NCBI GenBank assembly: GCA_002104905.1
Contig: MCFE01000210.1
Location: 62,001 to 126,000 of the forward strand
Direction: 5' to 3'
Source: Basidiobolus meristosporus CBS 931.73
Lineage: Eukaryota > Fungi > Basidiobolomycota
Length of the DNA stretch: 64,000 bases
Shown: piece after piece, positions 1 to 14,444 of the stretch
Numbering within the stretch: position 1 is the stretch's first letter
How the letters are laid out: each line of letters opens with the position of its first letter
Translations under genes and position numbers: made by a program
Notes under the pieces: generated by a model
Seen by the model: only the letters and a program-made list of their open reading frames with translations
What the model was told of the DNA's origin: nothing
Database searches by the model: none

Positions 1-1070
1 TAGCACAAAAAGCACAAATCACTTTAGCGAACACTATCTACCAGCATCAACAGCCAAATCGCAATTTTCTGTCAAACTTGGAGTCGTACATGGATTTCTG
101 GAAGCGTCCGCCACAGTTTTCCAGATTGCTTGTACGTTTAATGAGGAGCCAATCACTCCTGCGGTTTCTTATGGTTAACATACAACTAGTTGACTATTAT
201 CTATCTAACAATCTGGTTTCTCTTTCCTTGCCGATTGTGTGGATGAAATATTATATGATGGCAGGAATGCTATATTAAACGCTGGTTTGTTTGGTACGAA
301 GAGCAAAATACAACTCCTGGACACAGTTAATGCTGAAATGTGTAACCGTGGGTGGTAGTACTATTTGGGGATATTAGGAAACACACGAGGAGAGTTGCTG
401 ATAGATTGACTTAATAACCATTCGGTCTCACTATGTGGTTGTGGTATTAAAGTAACACCACGCATGAACTGGAACAAATAAGGTGGCTATATTCCAGTCT
501 CTGCACATCCATAATGTTTGTATTTGCAATTGGATTGATGAACCCTGAGAGCAAATCCCATCGCAGCATTGGGGAATCTATTGACCTTCACTCCCCCTCC
601 CTAGCTGAAGTTAGGCAAAAAATTAGATTGCTTGTTTAAATGTAATTCGCGTTTAAATCCCGCTTTCCATGGAAATGTTTGAACTTGCCACAATTATGTA
701 ACTTGTTTGTGAATAACAATCAACGACCAATCAACGCAATATTTGCTCTAAAATTGATAGCCTGATCTCTTTGTTCTGAAAGGGTGAATTGTGTCGTATT
801 CGACGTATCTATCTCAATTATCAAAATTTACAATGGAACCAGTCATATTCTATTTACATTACTCGATTCTAGTCAACTTTCCTTCCAAATGGATACATTT
901 CTTATATATACCCAAACGCCGTGACGAGGCCCGGTGTTTTTTTCTTCTTTAGAGCAAGAACCATAACTCGTTTAACCCAATCACTTGTGTGAGTCATTAA
1001 TTATCCCTAAAGCCATACTTAATCTACTTTAACCACAGCGTGTAAAACAGTGCTGCAAAGGCTTGAACTG

Positions 1071-3687
1071 ATGGAAGTTGATACTGATATTGCGTACAGC
1101 CAGAGACCCACCTACTGCGAAGGGTTCCCAAAGCAATTTTCTGCTCCCTCGGACAGTTCTTCAGAACCAGAGCTCATCTCCTGTTCATCCAGCTATCGCT
1201 TATCCAACAATTCGAGCCTGGGGCCCAGAACTCCAGATAGTGATAGGAGGCCTGACATATGGGGGTATGCGACTGAAGAAGAGTTTGCGCAAGCTATGCG
1301 CTTCTCCCCGCCAAAATTCGATAAAAACGGGGAACTAGGAATTGAACGAAGTTTTGACAAACTTTCCTTTTCTATCGGTCGTAACGCAACTCGCCCCTCT
1401 GATGGTGATGACATATTCTCTTGTCCTACCTCAGATAACATCGATCTATCTGATCCATTTGAAAGCGAGGAAGAAATCTTGGCTCAGACATGTCTAACTA
1501 GAGAACAAAAATGCCAAAAACTAACGCATATTTTAAGGCGAGCATCGTCTAACGGGGATTCGAAAAGAGTGAGCAAATTGCTAGAAATCGCCAAGGACTA
1601 CGTCGATATCAATGGTCAGGATGAGGATGGCACTACACCGCTCATCCATTCGGCGTGCTGGGGTTATCTAGAGGTAGCATATGCTCTTCTTGAAGCAGGC
1701 GCTGACCCTGATGCACAAGATAAGTGTATGTATACCAGCTCTAGTTGGACGCGGTCATAATAGATGTTAGTGCTAATCCCTCTTGAATGAATATAGCGGG
1801 TTGGACTGCGTTGATGTGGGCAACAAACAACCATCATGATGGTATTGTTGCTACGTTGGTAGACCATGGTGCTTCGACCGCCTCCAAATCGACCAAAGGG
1901 CGTACGGTTCTAGACTTCGCGAACCGCGGCTCAAATAGCGACACTTTCCAGAGTCAAAGGATCTTGGAAATTCTGACGGATCCTCGTGACGGCTCCAGTA
2001 GCTCAGGGAGCAATCGCGAGAGCGGCTACTACTCTAACCCTCGAGCAGACCTCGAGGACGTCATGTCCGAAAGCGACATCTTGTTTAGAATGGCACTGGA
2101 TCGAGCCAAAGAGAACGATGGCAATACGTCCGATTTTAAATTTAGCGATTATGGCGTATGGTTTCCCGTGCTCTCACATCGTTATCCGTTGACGAAGCAA
2201 ACTAACCTATCTTTTCTTGCAGGATTTCGAAGATGAAACCGAATTTTCGTGGGATAACATCCAGCCCGACCAGATGTTTGTTTTTACTCACGACAACCTA
2301 GACTTTTTGTTGGACAAAATCATCACCGATATGAAGCCGCATTATTCCCGTGAATACAAATTCCTCCCCGCGAACATCCTTTTCTTGGCCGCCCGCTATG
2401 GCGTCTGTTTAGGGGGATTGGATCTGCTAGAGGAGTTGATGAGCAAGTCATTTGAGAAAGTATTGGAGACAGTCAAGGTACACCATTGCATAGCGTGTCG
2501 AGCTGGGATAGCGTTGTATTAAAAGGACTTTCTAGCAATACTGTCAGGACATGTCGTATCTAGCATTTTGGTTATCCAACTGCACCCTGCTGCTGCATTA
2601 CTTAAAGAGAGATACTAATTTGGTTACCGCGACTGTCGAATTTCAGCTGGCACTTTCCGAACTAATCCACGAACTCTATCAAAGATTTGTTCGCAATGTT
2701 ACTCAGCGAATTGAAGAGCTGCTGGAGCCTGCTATGCTAGCCCATGATGCTTTGCCGGGGATGGACGACATCAAGTTTGTTGGTGAGAAAAGAAACTTCT
2801 TGTTCCAAGGAAAGAAAACCTTTACTCCACCACCTTCTCCTCGTACCAACAGGCTCACAATTCGTCGAAAAACCCGGTTTTCGTCTCCTCGCGGTACCCC
2901 ACCTCGTAGCAAGCCCACCACCCCCAAAACAATCACCTCCATACTTTCCTCCACGCTGATTGTACTGCAGTCATACGAAGTTCACCCGACAATCATCCAT
3001 TATGTGCTGAATCAAATATTCTACTACATGTCCGCCGAAATGTTTAATCGGATCATCATCACCAAAGAATATTGCTGCAGAGTGAAAGCGATGCAAATCC
3101 GTATGAACGTCTCCACGGTCGAGGAGTGGGTGCACACCAACCGCCTACCCCAGGTTTTAGTTCAGCATTTTCAGCCGATGACTCAGCTTCTTCAATTTCT
3201 CCAATGCCTCTCAGGCCTTTCGGAACTCACCGAGCTTCTGGTCACGATCAAGGAACTGCCTGCGTTGAACCTCCTTCAACTATATCGACTCGTCAGCAAC
3301 TACCGCTACGAAGTTGGAGAGAAGCAGCTTCCAGAGGAGATTAGCCAGTATTTGGAACAGGTGGCCAGAGATACTTGCGATCTGCAAGCACGCTCTTCCA
3401 TCGAGGCCGAACAAGATGGCCATCGAACACCAAAAGTTCGAGAAGAGGTGATCGATACTTTACCCACGCATGAGCCTGGACGCGCCGGATCGAGTCTATC
3501 GTCAGGAGATATGGAGGAGCTGATGGATCCAATGCATCTGCTTCCGTTCGCTATACCAACCAGCACCGAAATGCTGAGTGGCTGGGGCAAATGTGATAAA
3601 GAATACGTCCCCTATTTACCCGATGCATATCTCGAAGAGCTAGACAATGAATTACGAGTCAGATCTGAGCATTCCTTCTTCGACTAG
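1071..3687 (+). CDS. Ankyrin-repeat + DIL (dilute) domain protein, 4 exons
   Basis: ATG at 1071. Ankyrin repeats (DINGQDEDGTTPLIHSACWG; GWTALMWATNNH). C-terminal DIL-like domain (YLAFWLSN...IQMRMNVSTVEEW...LLQFLQ). GT-AG introns near 1726-1796, 2150-2222 and 2479-2538 join the ORFs. Confidence 0.85.
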
Positions 3688-4059
3688 ATTCTCCACTAGA
3701 TTATCCACCTGATAGCTCCTGGATCGCTATTCTCTTCCCACCCGCTAGATTCCATGTTACATTATGCCACATCCACATCTACCAATCACATTGGACCACT
3801 AATTGATCTAGAACCCACCTGCAAAACAATTAATAAATCTGAATCTCGAATCAATTACACGGGCCATCATTGTTTTATGGCACACAATATATATTCAGCA
3901 CGATTCAAGGGTTGAGGAAACGAGTGCATCAATCAATGCGCTAATGAATAAATTCAAATAGAGTACAGGGAAAACGGAATTTACATAAAATAATGGCTGA
4001 TTTTTGGGTTGGTAAATGGCGGTCAGGAAATACTGCTTATGCCCGTAGGATAAACCGCA

Positions 4060-6072
4060 TTAACTGTTAATAGTGCCGCTATGTGTAAAAGCCCGCTTTA
4101 AACCTGGGAACATCCAGCTGTCACCAGTGTCAACAAGCCCACTTCCGGTTACCTCCAAGTCAATTTTCAGGTATTTACGATCTTCGGGGCCTGCCAGCCA
4201 AGGTGGAGGGAAGACACCACCGAGAGGCGAAAGTAGCGATATACGAGGCCGTTGATTCGGTGCTTTTGGATTTGTTTCGTTGTGTTTGGTGAAGAAGTGC
4301 TGCATATTAGCACAGTACAGATAGGCGTGATCAAAGAAGGGTGGAAGAACATTCTGCCCCTGCTTCTTGAAGGATGTCACCTCCATAGACATTTGGTCTG
4401 TGGTTTCCATCACATCGGTCTCTGCCTCGGATTCTTTGTTGTCATAAGTCTGTCCACTGCTCAACCACGAATGCATTGCTCTTGTCGCCTCTTCGCCAGA
4501 GGCGCTTCTTGGAAGCTTGGTTTCATTCATATGACATTTCGGGTTAGCATTATCAATGTCAGATCGCTTGACAATTTTCGTGTCACGGTCACTTTCAACA
4601 CTAGCTACACGAGGGGCGGCGGCATTGACGTGCGGAGACGGTGTGAATAGATTGGCTCCCATAGTGGCACGGCCTCCGTAGCTGCCGCCAATAGTCGACT
4701 GGTAGTTTGTCAGAGGCAGCGAGAAAAGTGCGAAAGAGAAGAACATGATCATCAGGACAACTCCGGTAGTTTTCGGCTTTGACAACTTTTTATCCTCAGG
4801 CTTGATCACATCATCGGTTTCGGTTTCCGCTATAAAATTGCCTTCAAGGTCGATGTCCATGTTTTCAATCTCAATGGCAGTTTCGGTGGATGTACCCTTT
4901 GAAGATGCTTCTTGCCGCTTGTGTGCAGTAGCTTCCTCCAGCATTTTACGTAATCTTTGGCACTCCTCTTGGGCTTGGTCTCTCTCATGAGCTACTGCTT
5001 TCATTTGATCTTCCATCTCTTGAACCTTGATTTTCAGATCATCATTCTCTTGCACTAGCGTCTCATTGGTGGTTTCCAGGTTTGCCATGTGCTCTCTCTT
5101 CCGCTTACGAGATAACAGCGCAGCGGCTCTATTCTTGATCAGGCGTTCTTGACGTTTACTCAGTGCCGCCGCTGCTGCTGCCTCATTGTTGGGCGAACTG
5201 TTGGTGGATGCATAGGCTGGCCGGTTCTCAAGCTTGGGAGAGACCGCCGGTTTGGGACTATCTATTGGAAGATTTTGAAGAGTCGTCTCGGGGGTCTCCT
5301 TTTTAACGGTAACTTCAACATTCACTGGCTTTGGAATCTCTTTATTAGCTTCACTCAAGCCGTGCGGAGAGCTTGTTTGAGAGCCAACAGGTATGAGTGG
5401 CTTAAGTGGAACTAGATTAGCAGTGGATGGTGCAGGACACGGTTCTCTTTTCTTTCTGCCTCTTTTCTTCTTCGGTGGTTCAGGTGTAGGCTGTACAGCT
5501 GGCAGGACTGGTAGGGAAGTGGCGAACAAAGGAATTCCCGGAAAGCCTGGCAGTCCAGCAAGTCCGTGTGGATAAAAAAGCGGAGCTTGGCCGCCCAGTT
5601 TGGGGAGGGGTACACCTTGAAGGAAAGAGATGGGCTGTGGTTGTGTGTTTACCTTCAGGGGCATATCGTCCATGGACATTGCAGTGGTACCAGAGATCTT
5701 ACTTGAAGAGCCTGACGCTCCACTTTCCAAGACACAATCCTCATTTACATATTGCCAATAGTCAACGTCCGGCTCTTCGCGTTTCGGTGAGGTCAGTTCA
5801 GGAGAGTCGCCTTTGCAACTACGTGGTGAACTAGGTTCCTGCATACCGCCGTTATCATCGGAGGAAGAGCTTGACCAAGGAGGGGAGGCACCGCCAGCGA
5901 GGTGCTCTTTGTCCACGCTAGGAACGTTATTCAGAAAGTCCCACAGATTGTCTTCGTTTGCCAGGAGCTTTGGATCGGATAGTGAAGCGTCTGCATCGGC
6001 GAAACAATCTTGATTCAGGAAGGAGAGAACAAGGTCCTCATTCTCCTGGTTTTCTGCAGTAGTGGAGGACAT
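4060..6072 (-). CDS. Membrane-anchored bZIP transcription factor, ATF6/CREB3-like, intronless
   Basis: Basic region KRQERLIKNRAAALLSRKRKREH followed by a leucine zipper, then a hydrophobic segment GVVLMIMFFSFALFSLPL and a C-terminal tail with RPRISLLSP and YLKIDLEV. First ATG at 6072. Confidence 0.85.
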   Translation of the reverse strand: MSSTTAENQENEDLVLSFLNQDCFADADASLSDPKLLANEDNLWDFLNNVPSVDKEHLAGGASPPWSSSSSDDNGGMQEPSSPRSCKGDSPELTSPKREEPDVDYWQYVNEDCVLESGASGSSSKISGTTAMSMDDMPLKVNTQPQPISFLQGVPLPKLGGQAPLFYPHGLAGLPGFPGIPLFATSLPVLPAVQPTPEPPKKKRGRKKREPCPAPSTANLVPLKPLIPVGSQTSSPHGLSEANKEIPKPVNVEVTVKKETPETTLQNLPIDSPKPAVSPKLENRPAYASTNSSPNNEAAAAAALSKRQERLIKNRAAALLSRKRKREHMANLETTNETLVQENDDLKIKVQEMEDQMKAVAHERDQAQEECQRLRKMLEEATAHKRQEASSKGTSTETAIEIENMDIDLEGNFIAETETDDVIKPEDKKLSKPKTTGVVLMIMFFSFALFSLPLTNYQSTIGGSYGGRATMGANLFTPSPHVNAAAPRVASVESDRDTKIVKRSDIDNANPKCHMNETKLPRSASGEEATRAMHSWLSSGQTYDNKESEAETDVMETTDQMSMEVTSFKKQGQNVLPPFFDHAYLYCANMQHFFTKHNETNPKAPNQRPRISLLSPLGGVFPPPWLAGPEDRKYLKIDLEVTGSGLVDTGDSWMFPGLKRAFTHSGTINS

Positions 6073-7848
6073 CACGATAGTTGTTGTACTTACTTGAGCC
6101 AAACCACAATTCAAAAATGAAGTGTAAACTCAAACCACAGGTCTAACAGTGATGACAAGACAGATCAAGGACCTGATTTCCGTACCTTTTGGCCTACTTT
6201 AAATAGTCGTTTGTCACTCGGATTACAGAGTCAAACAGTTTTGTTATCAGGCAGATCCGCCTATAATACTGCTAAACTAAGAAGTATATAATTCTGATGG
6301 ACCAGATAGAATTCAGCATTGGGTTCAACAGATTCACCATTGACCCCTCCCTCAGCCCCCTACTGACCAATACTCACACTGAATGAATAGCTTGGGCCTT
6401 TGTGTGCATTATTCGCAAGTTCGCTCTGACTAGGCTTGTAGAACATGGCCAACTCAGAAACCAAATATAGCTCCCGGTAGCATTTGAGAATCATTGCGAC
6501 GTGCACAAATGCCTAATATTCTCACACACTCATTTGAGGGATCCTTTAATAGTTCATCCATTTTAAGTATAATTGGCTTGCTTTACTTGTTGTATCACAT
6601 GATGGAAATTGACATGTACCAACTTGCTACACATTCGATGGAAAATGCATGACCCGAGTATCTTGAGAGAGTCCATTGTTCTCTCGGATGATGAAAGAGC
6701 GGCTGGATAGAGAATGGGAAGGCGAAAGAGAGAATGGCTTGGAAGCGGCGCTTGTAGTAAGTGGCATGGAAACCGGTAGAAGAATCGGGTAACCATTCAC
6801 ATTGTGTTTCGATCCAATCGTGATTCTCACTGTCTTGGAACATTGATATTGCGATGATTAGGGGGTTAGGCTCGCCCCTACTCGGGTCCATCGCCCAATC
6901 TGCGTGGGCACGCTCGAATCTTCCATTTGCTCCAACATTCGGATTTTTTACGGGTTTTTTACAGTTATCAGGGATATTTTCGACTCGGTAGATCTAGTCC
7001 ATATATACCGGGTGATCATGGTTCAAAGGGGCATCGATTGTGGATGGTGGGTAGATTTGGGCCATATTGTAATCGGTTTGTATTATATTGAGGCTTTATG
7101 ATGCTAGAAATGGATCATATTGGGCACCCAATCAGCCTGTAGTTGGTAGAGTCTGGCGCCACCCATGAATTAGGCAATACCTCAGCAATGCCCTTAGAGG
7201 TGGAAATGATGCTGAACCGAGGGTTCTGTCCAAAATGATGGAAATCATCTGGAATCTGATCTAAGGGACATCTAAACATGAATCTATGTCAAGTTGATAT
7301 GAATCAGGATTTGATGTTGGTTAACACGTGAAGATTGGCATTTCTTCTCATCCTCTGTAAAGATAAGCATTCATTCTTGTTCTCTGCATATTTTAATGAC
7401 AATGGGCGAGCAGCCTATGAATGTTGCCTCGTGATTTTGCTGAATTCTACGTCAATTCTCGCTCAACGCCTGACATGAGATCACTCCATCTCGCATGTAA
7501 TGTATCATTATTCATTTTTTTTACTGATAATCTGAAAAGCTACGATAGTTGTTTATCTTGTCTAAGCTAATTTGGTCCATTTGTCAATTTCTACACCGAA
7601 TCCTCTGCTATTCAATTCACTTGCTGTTAAACAGTCTTGAGAACCTTCCAAAAGTTGCAACATTCCTGCCCTTTAATGCACAGTCTTTTATAACTCTGGC
7701 TAGCACTACCAACAACACATCGAAGCACTCCCTTACGTAAATATTGTCAAGTGGGCATTGATAAACGTCTCACTAAACCTACCGTTGTTATTCTCCTCCG
7801 CCACTCAGTCGGCCGTAAACTTAAGTAGTCAGTTGAGGTTTTCAAAAA

Positions 7849-10619
<2,771 letters not shown>

Positions 10620-11158
10620 CGTTGAGCTTTCCACCACATCGTCACAAACACCGCCCCGAGATAAAATGTGTTTGTTTTTGCATTTCTTTATTATCTTATC
10701 ACCGGCCACTCCACTCCTACCCCATCTACCAGTAGGCATCTCATTTTGACATCAGTTTCTCTATTAAACAAGTTGGCGTTACTCCCTCTATGCTTTAAGC
10801 AATTAAATGCAGATGATCAGTGCCAGGTCTGCAAGTCCCAGCAAATGTGTTGTCAAGGCATATATTAAATTTGCCACCAATAATGTAGGCCTGCAAAGAG
10901 TCTACCAATAAACACGTTCAGTCAAGGAAATCAACCAAGTTGATTTAATTTAATAATCCTTTTGTTCATCAATATTTCACTGAACTTGAGGAGTCACGTT
11001 GTATATTCCTCATATCTCCAGGTGGCTCTATTCACACCTTGGTTGTAGCCTGAGCTCAAACATTCTGTCACAAGCTTGTAAATACACGAACTTTGCTTCC
11101 ACCCCTTCCTAGCCTTACTGTACTTACTTTTCACAAGCCACTTAGTTCGTCCTTTGTC

Positions 11159-12004
11159 ATGGTACAGGATACTACGGCGCGAACCAGAACTGCAGGAAAG
11201 CGTTTGCCCCTTCCAGGGTTAAACCCCAACTCTTATATATATCTAGATTCCAGCTCGGACAGCGAAGATACCTATCTAGGTGAGGACACCGATTCAGAGG
11301 TGACCAGCCCAAGGGCCTACCTAGGAGGAAAGACAAAGTCCAAAGCCGTTTCTGGCGAAGTGCAAAGGCGCCTGTCCGTTATATCCCCATTCAGCTCTGA
11401 CTTGGAAGATAGTGAGGTAGCTCAACCAAGAAGACGCTCCGGAAAGAGTTTGAAGAATATCCTCAGCCTGAGGGAAAGAATGAATTTTGACGAATTGGAA
11501 GAGGAGTCAGACGACGAGGAGAGCCTGGGGATAGGCTGGGGATGTTTCTCAAATACACCGGCTACCACGCCGCAGGGACTCACCGAGTTGGAGAGGTTGC
11601 GAGAGACAGATATCACGATATTTCAAGACATGTTGGCAGACGCCTCAGAGGCAGAAAGCATCATGAACTCCTTGCTCGAGTTGACAGCTAGTCGATCCCC
11701 TTCTGGTCTATATGATGATTTACACATATCCCCCAATATTCAGTCGAACTCTATAACACAGATACCAGAGGAGATCCCATTTAACACTGATTCAATTGAG
11801 CATAGCGACACCGACCTGGCACCTCCCAATCCATCTTTGGAGGACCATTCGCGCAATGCATCTTGCCTGGAAGCTGACACATATTCAAATAGCGAGGTGG
11901 CAGACAGGGCCAAGTATTTCGGCCAACATGCACGCTATAGCCCCTACAGCCACAAGCTCTACATTAGACGAAAAGGCAGAAGTGCGAACTACGCATCTAT
12001 CTAA
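11159..12004 (+). CDS. Hypothetical acidic/Ser-rich protein, intronless
   Basis: Open frame of about 281 codons from ATG 11159. Low-complexity S/D/E composition, C-terminal RYSPY..RRK. No recognised domain. Confidence 0.55.
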   Translation: MVQDTTARTRTAGKRLPLPGLNPNSYIYLDSSSDSEDTYLGEDTDSEVTSPRAYLGGKTKSKAVSGEVQRRLSVISPFSSDLEDSEVAQPRRRSGKSLKNILSLRERMNFDELEEESDDEESLGIGWGCFSNTPATTPQGLTELERLRETDITIFQDMLADASEAESIMNSLLELTASRSPSGLYDDLHISPNIQSNSITQIPEEIPFNTDSIEHSDTDLAPPNPSLEDHSRNASCLEADTYSNSEVADRAKYFGQHARYSPYSHKLYIRRKGRSANYASI

Positions 12005-12305
12005 TTTTGCCTGCCTTGACCGGCATTGGGCTCGGATATATATATAGAGAGATTTGATGTTAGTGTACTATGAGGTTTAATTGTATTTGCATCGTTGCTA
12101 TTGCTATATTCGTTTAGATAAATAAACCGTAAATCCTGGAAATCATCGGCTATTCACCATGTGCTGATATTTAGATTTCATGAATTTCTCAGGACCGATT
12201 CGCAGAGAAGAAATTCCAAACCTCGCAATGGATAATTGGCACAAAGTGGTGTCTGCTCTCTACTAAGCTACTCTTGAGCATACAACTTGTACCGATAAAT
12301 TAACC

Positions 12306-13874
12306 ATGGCTTCATCTCCGGTCCAGACATTGCAGTACACACCGGTGGCCTCCATGATCCCTGAGATGGTGTATCCACCAGTCCCAGGGGAGACCCACGC
12401 TTTCTATGGAGACCATCATAACAAGGGAGTCAAGCTTCCTGACCGCTCCCATCTTAAGCTAAATGACTCTAACCTACCCAATAACAACAACATCGAACTT
12501 CCAAATCAGATACAGAAAGAGATTAACGAACGTCTATACATCGCAGCGGAAACCGGTGATGCTACCGTTATGTCTGAGTTGTTGGAGGCAATGGATGCCG
12601 CTACAAACGGCTCACCTTCAGGGTTGATTAATACCCCCTCCCCCTCCACTGGCCTCACGGCTTTACACTATGCTGCCTCGCGCGGACATCTTACTCTGGT
12701 TCAATTGCTTGTGGATTCTGGCTCTATTGTCGAGCTGCCAGATAGAGAAGGAGAGGTAAGCAGATTTATACTTGACGGCTTTTTTCGTGGCCCACTCATA
12801 AAACATCCGTCTTGAACCGATTCTTTCCAACAGACCGCCCTTCTTAAAGCGGCGTATAATGGCTATTTGAATGTTATCAAGTATCTAGTCGAGCACCAAG
12901 CCGATGTCAACCACAAAGATAACGACGGATGGACTTCTTTGCATAATGCCTGTTCGAGAGGTCAATTAGACGTGGTGCGTTGGCTCATCGAAATCAGTGG
13001 CGCCGATGTCAATATTAGAAGCAAGATGGGTCATACGCCGTTAAGTAAGTTGGGCCTGGTGAAATACGCCATGGGATGGAGATGCTGATGTCACTTTTCA
13101 CTAGTCAATGCCGCCTCCAAGGGGTATCTACACATTGTACGGTATTTGCTTAGAAAAGGCAAGGCGAATCCGCTCATCAAAAACAAGTTTGGTGAGACAG
13201 CATACGATGTGGCGGCGGTGAGTATGGAGGCGCAGGTATGCGAACTGCTGGAGAGAGCAGAGAAGGATTGGTGGAGAGCCCACAGGAAGCCTAGTGTTGG
13301 TAAGCAAGCGTGGGGATATCAAACCGTGTATGACGGCAACTGACGGCCAATTGTGTTAGGTGGACCACCCGTAGTGAAAGAGAAGTATGACATGATCGCC
13401 TCGCACAATACCATTCTTGTAATCCTCCACGAGAACCAGCGGTCCACCTCAAGCTTCCGACTTCGTTTCACGGCGCCCAAGTTCTCGGCAACTGCGCTTT
13501 CAAAATCGGACGTGCGAGGTCCTTGGTCGTTAACCAACGGTGAGCCCAAGACTAAAGAAGATGTTCAACTGCCTACTCCACCTGAATCTTCACAGTCAAC
13601 CTCTGATTCCTGGTTTTGGCTCACCGACTGGCAAGTTGATATCAAGCACCTGCAAGTCGATCCTGAGGAGGGATGGCAATATTCCAGATCGTTTGATTGT
13701 CTAGAAAAGGAGTGGACACCCACGGCGCCTGGTGCTAGTTCAGGCGGAAGCTGGGTCAGAAGAAGAAGGTGGTTCAGAGCAATGAAACGCCAAGTCGACG
13801 TTTCACAGCTAACCCTAAACGAGCCTGAGGACGATGCTTCGATTAACAGTCAGGAAGCCATTGCCACCGCATAG
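12306..13874 (+). CDS. Ankyrin-repeat + dysferlin (DysF/Pex24-like) domain protein, 4 exons
   Basis: Ankyrin repeats (GLTALHYAASRGH; TALLKAAYNG; GWTSLHNACSRG; GHTPL.NAASKG). DysF motifs WFWLTDWQVD, EGWQYSRSF and WVRRRRWFR. GT-AG introns join the ORFs. Confidence 0.85.
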
Positions 13875-14444
13875 ATATAATGACCAATCACCCCACCCTT
13901 CACCCTAGAGCCAGTCTTTAGGTTGATGACACCAAACTTATGCATCCTATTTAATATAAAGCCCATATTTTATCACATCTATGTCGGAAATCATCGCATT
14001 TGGAAATACCGATTACCAATAGGTCGCTCAACGTTATTTATGGGCATATTTTCTCAATACTCAACCATCAGCCTGGTCTCGGCTTTTCCACCGATTCATG
14101 CTGAGTTGTAAAAAAAACAGCTTCCCAATTTGTTCGTAGCTCTTACCATTCCCGCCTTCCCTCCCCACTCCATTTTTTATATTATACTGTTTATTACTGT
14201 GATTATATATCTCACCATACCTTGTGATAGAGCACCACAATCGTACTAGCATCCAATTCTTTACAATACAGAGTACCAAACAGTGTCCCGACGCACACAG
14301 TCTATACAGCATACAACCCCTCTGTACAGTGTGATAAACCCCTCCTCAAACCGCTGCCCTAATTTCTACCATTGCCTATTTTCCCCTTTACCCACCTCTG
14401 AGGCTCCTCTCTCGAACAGTTCCCAGCTTTAGAGAGCTAACATC

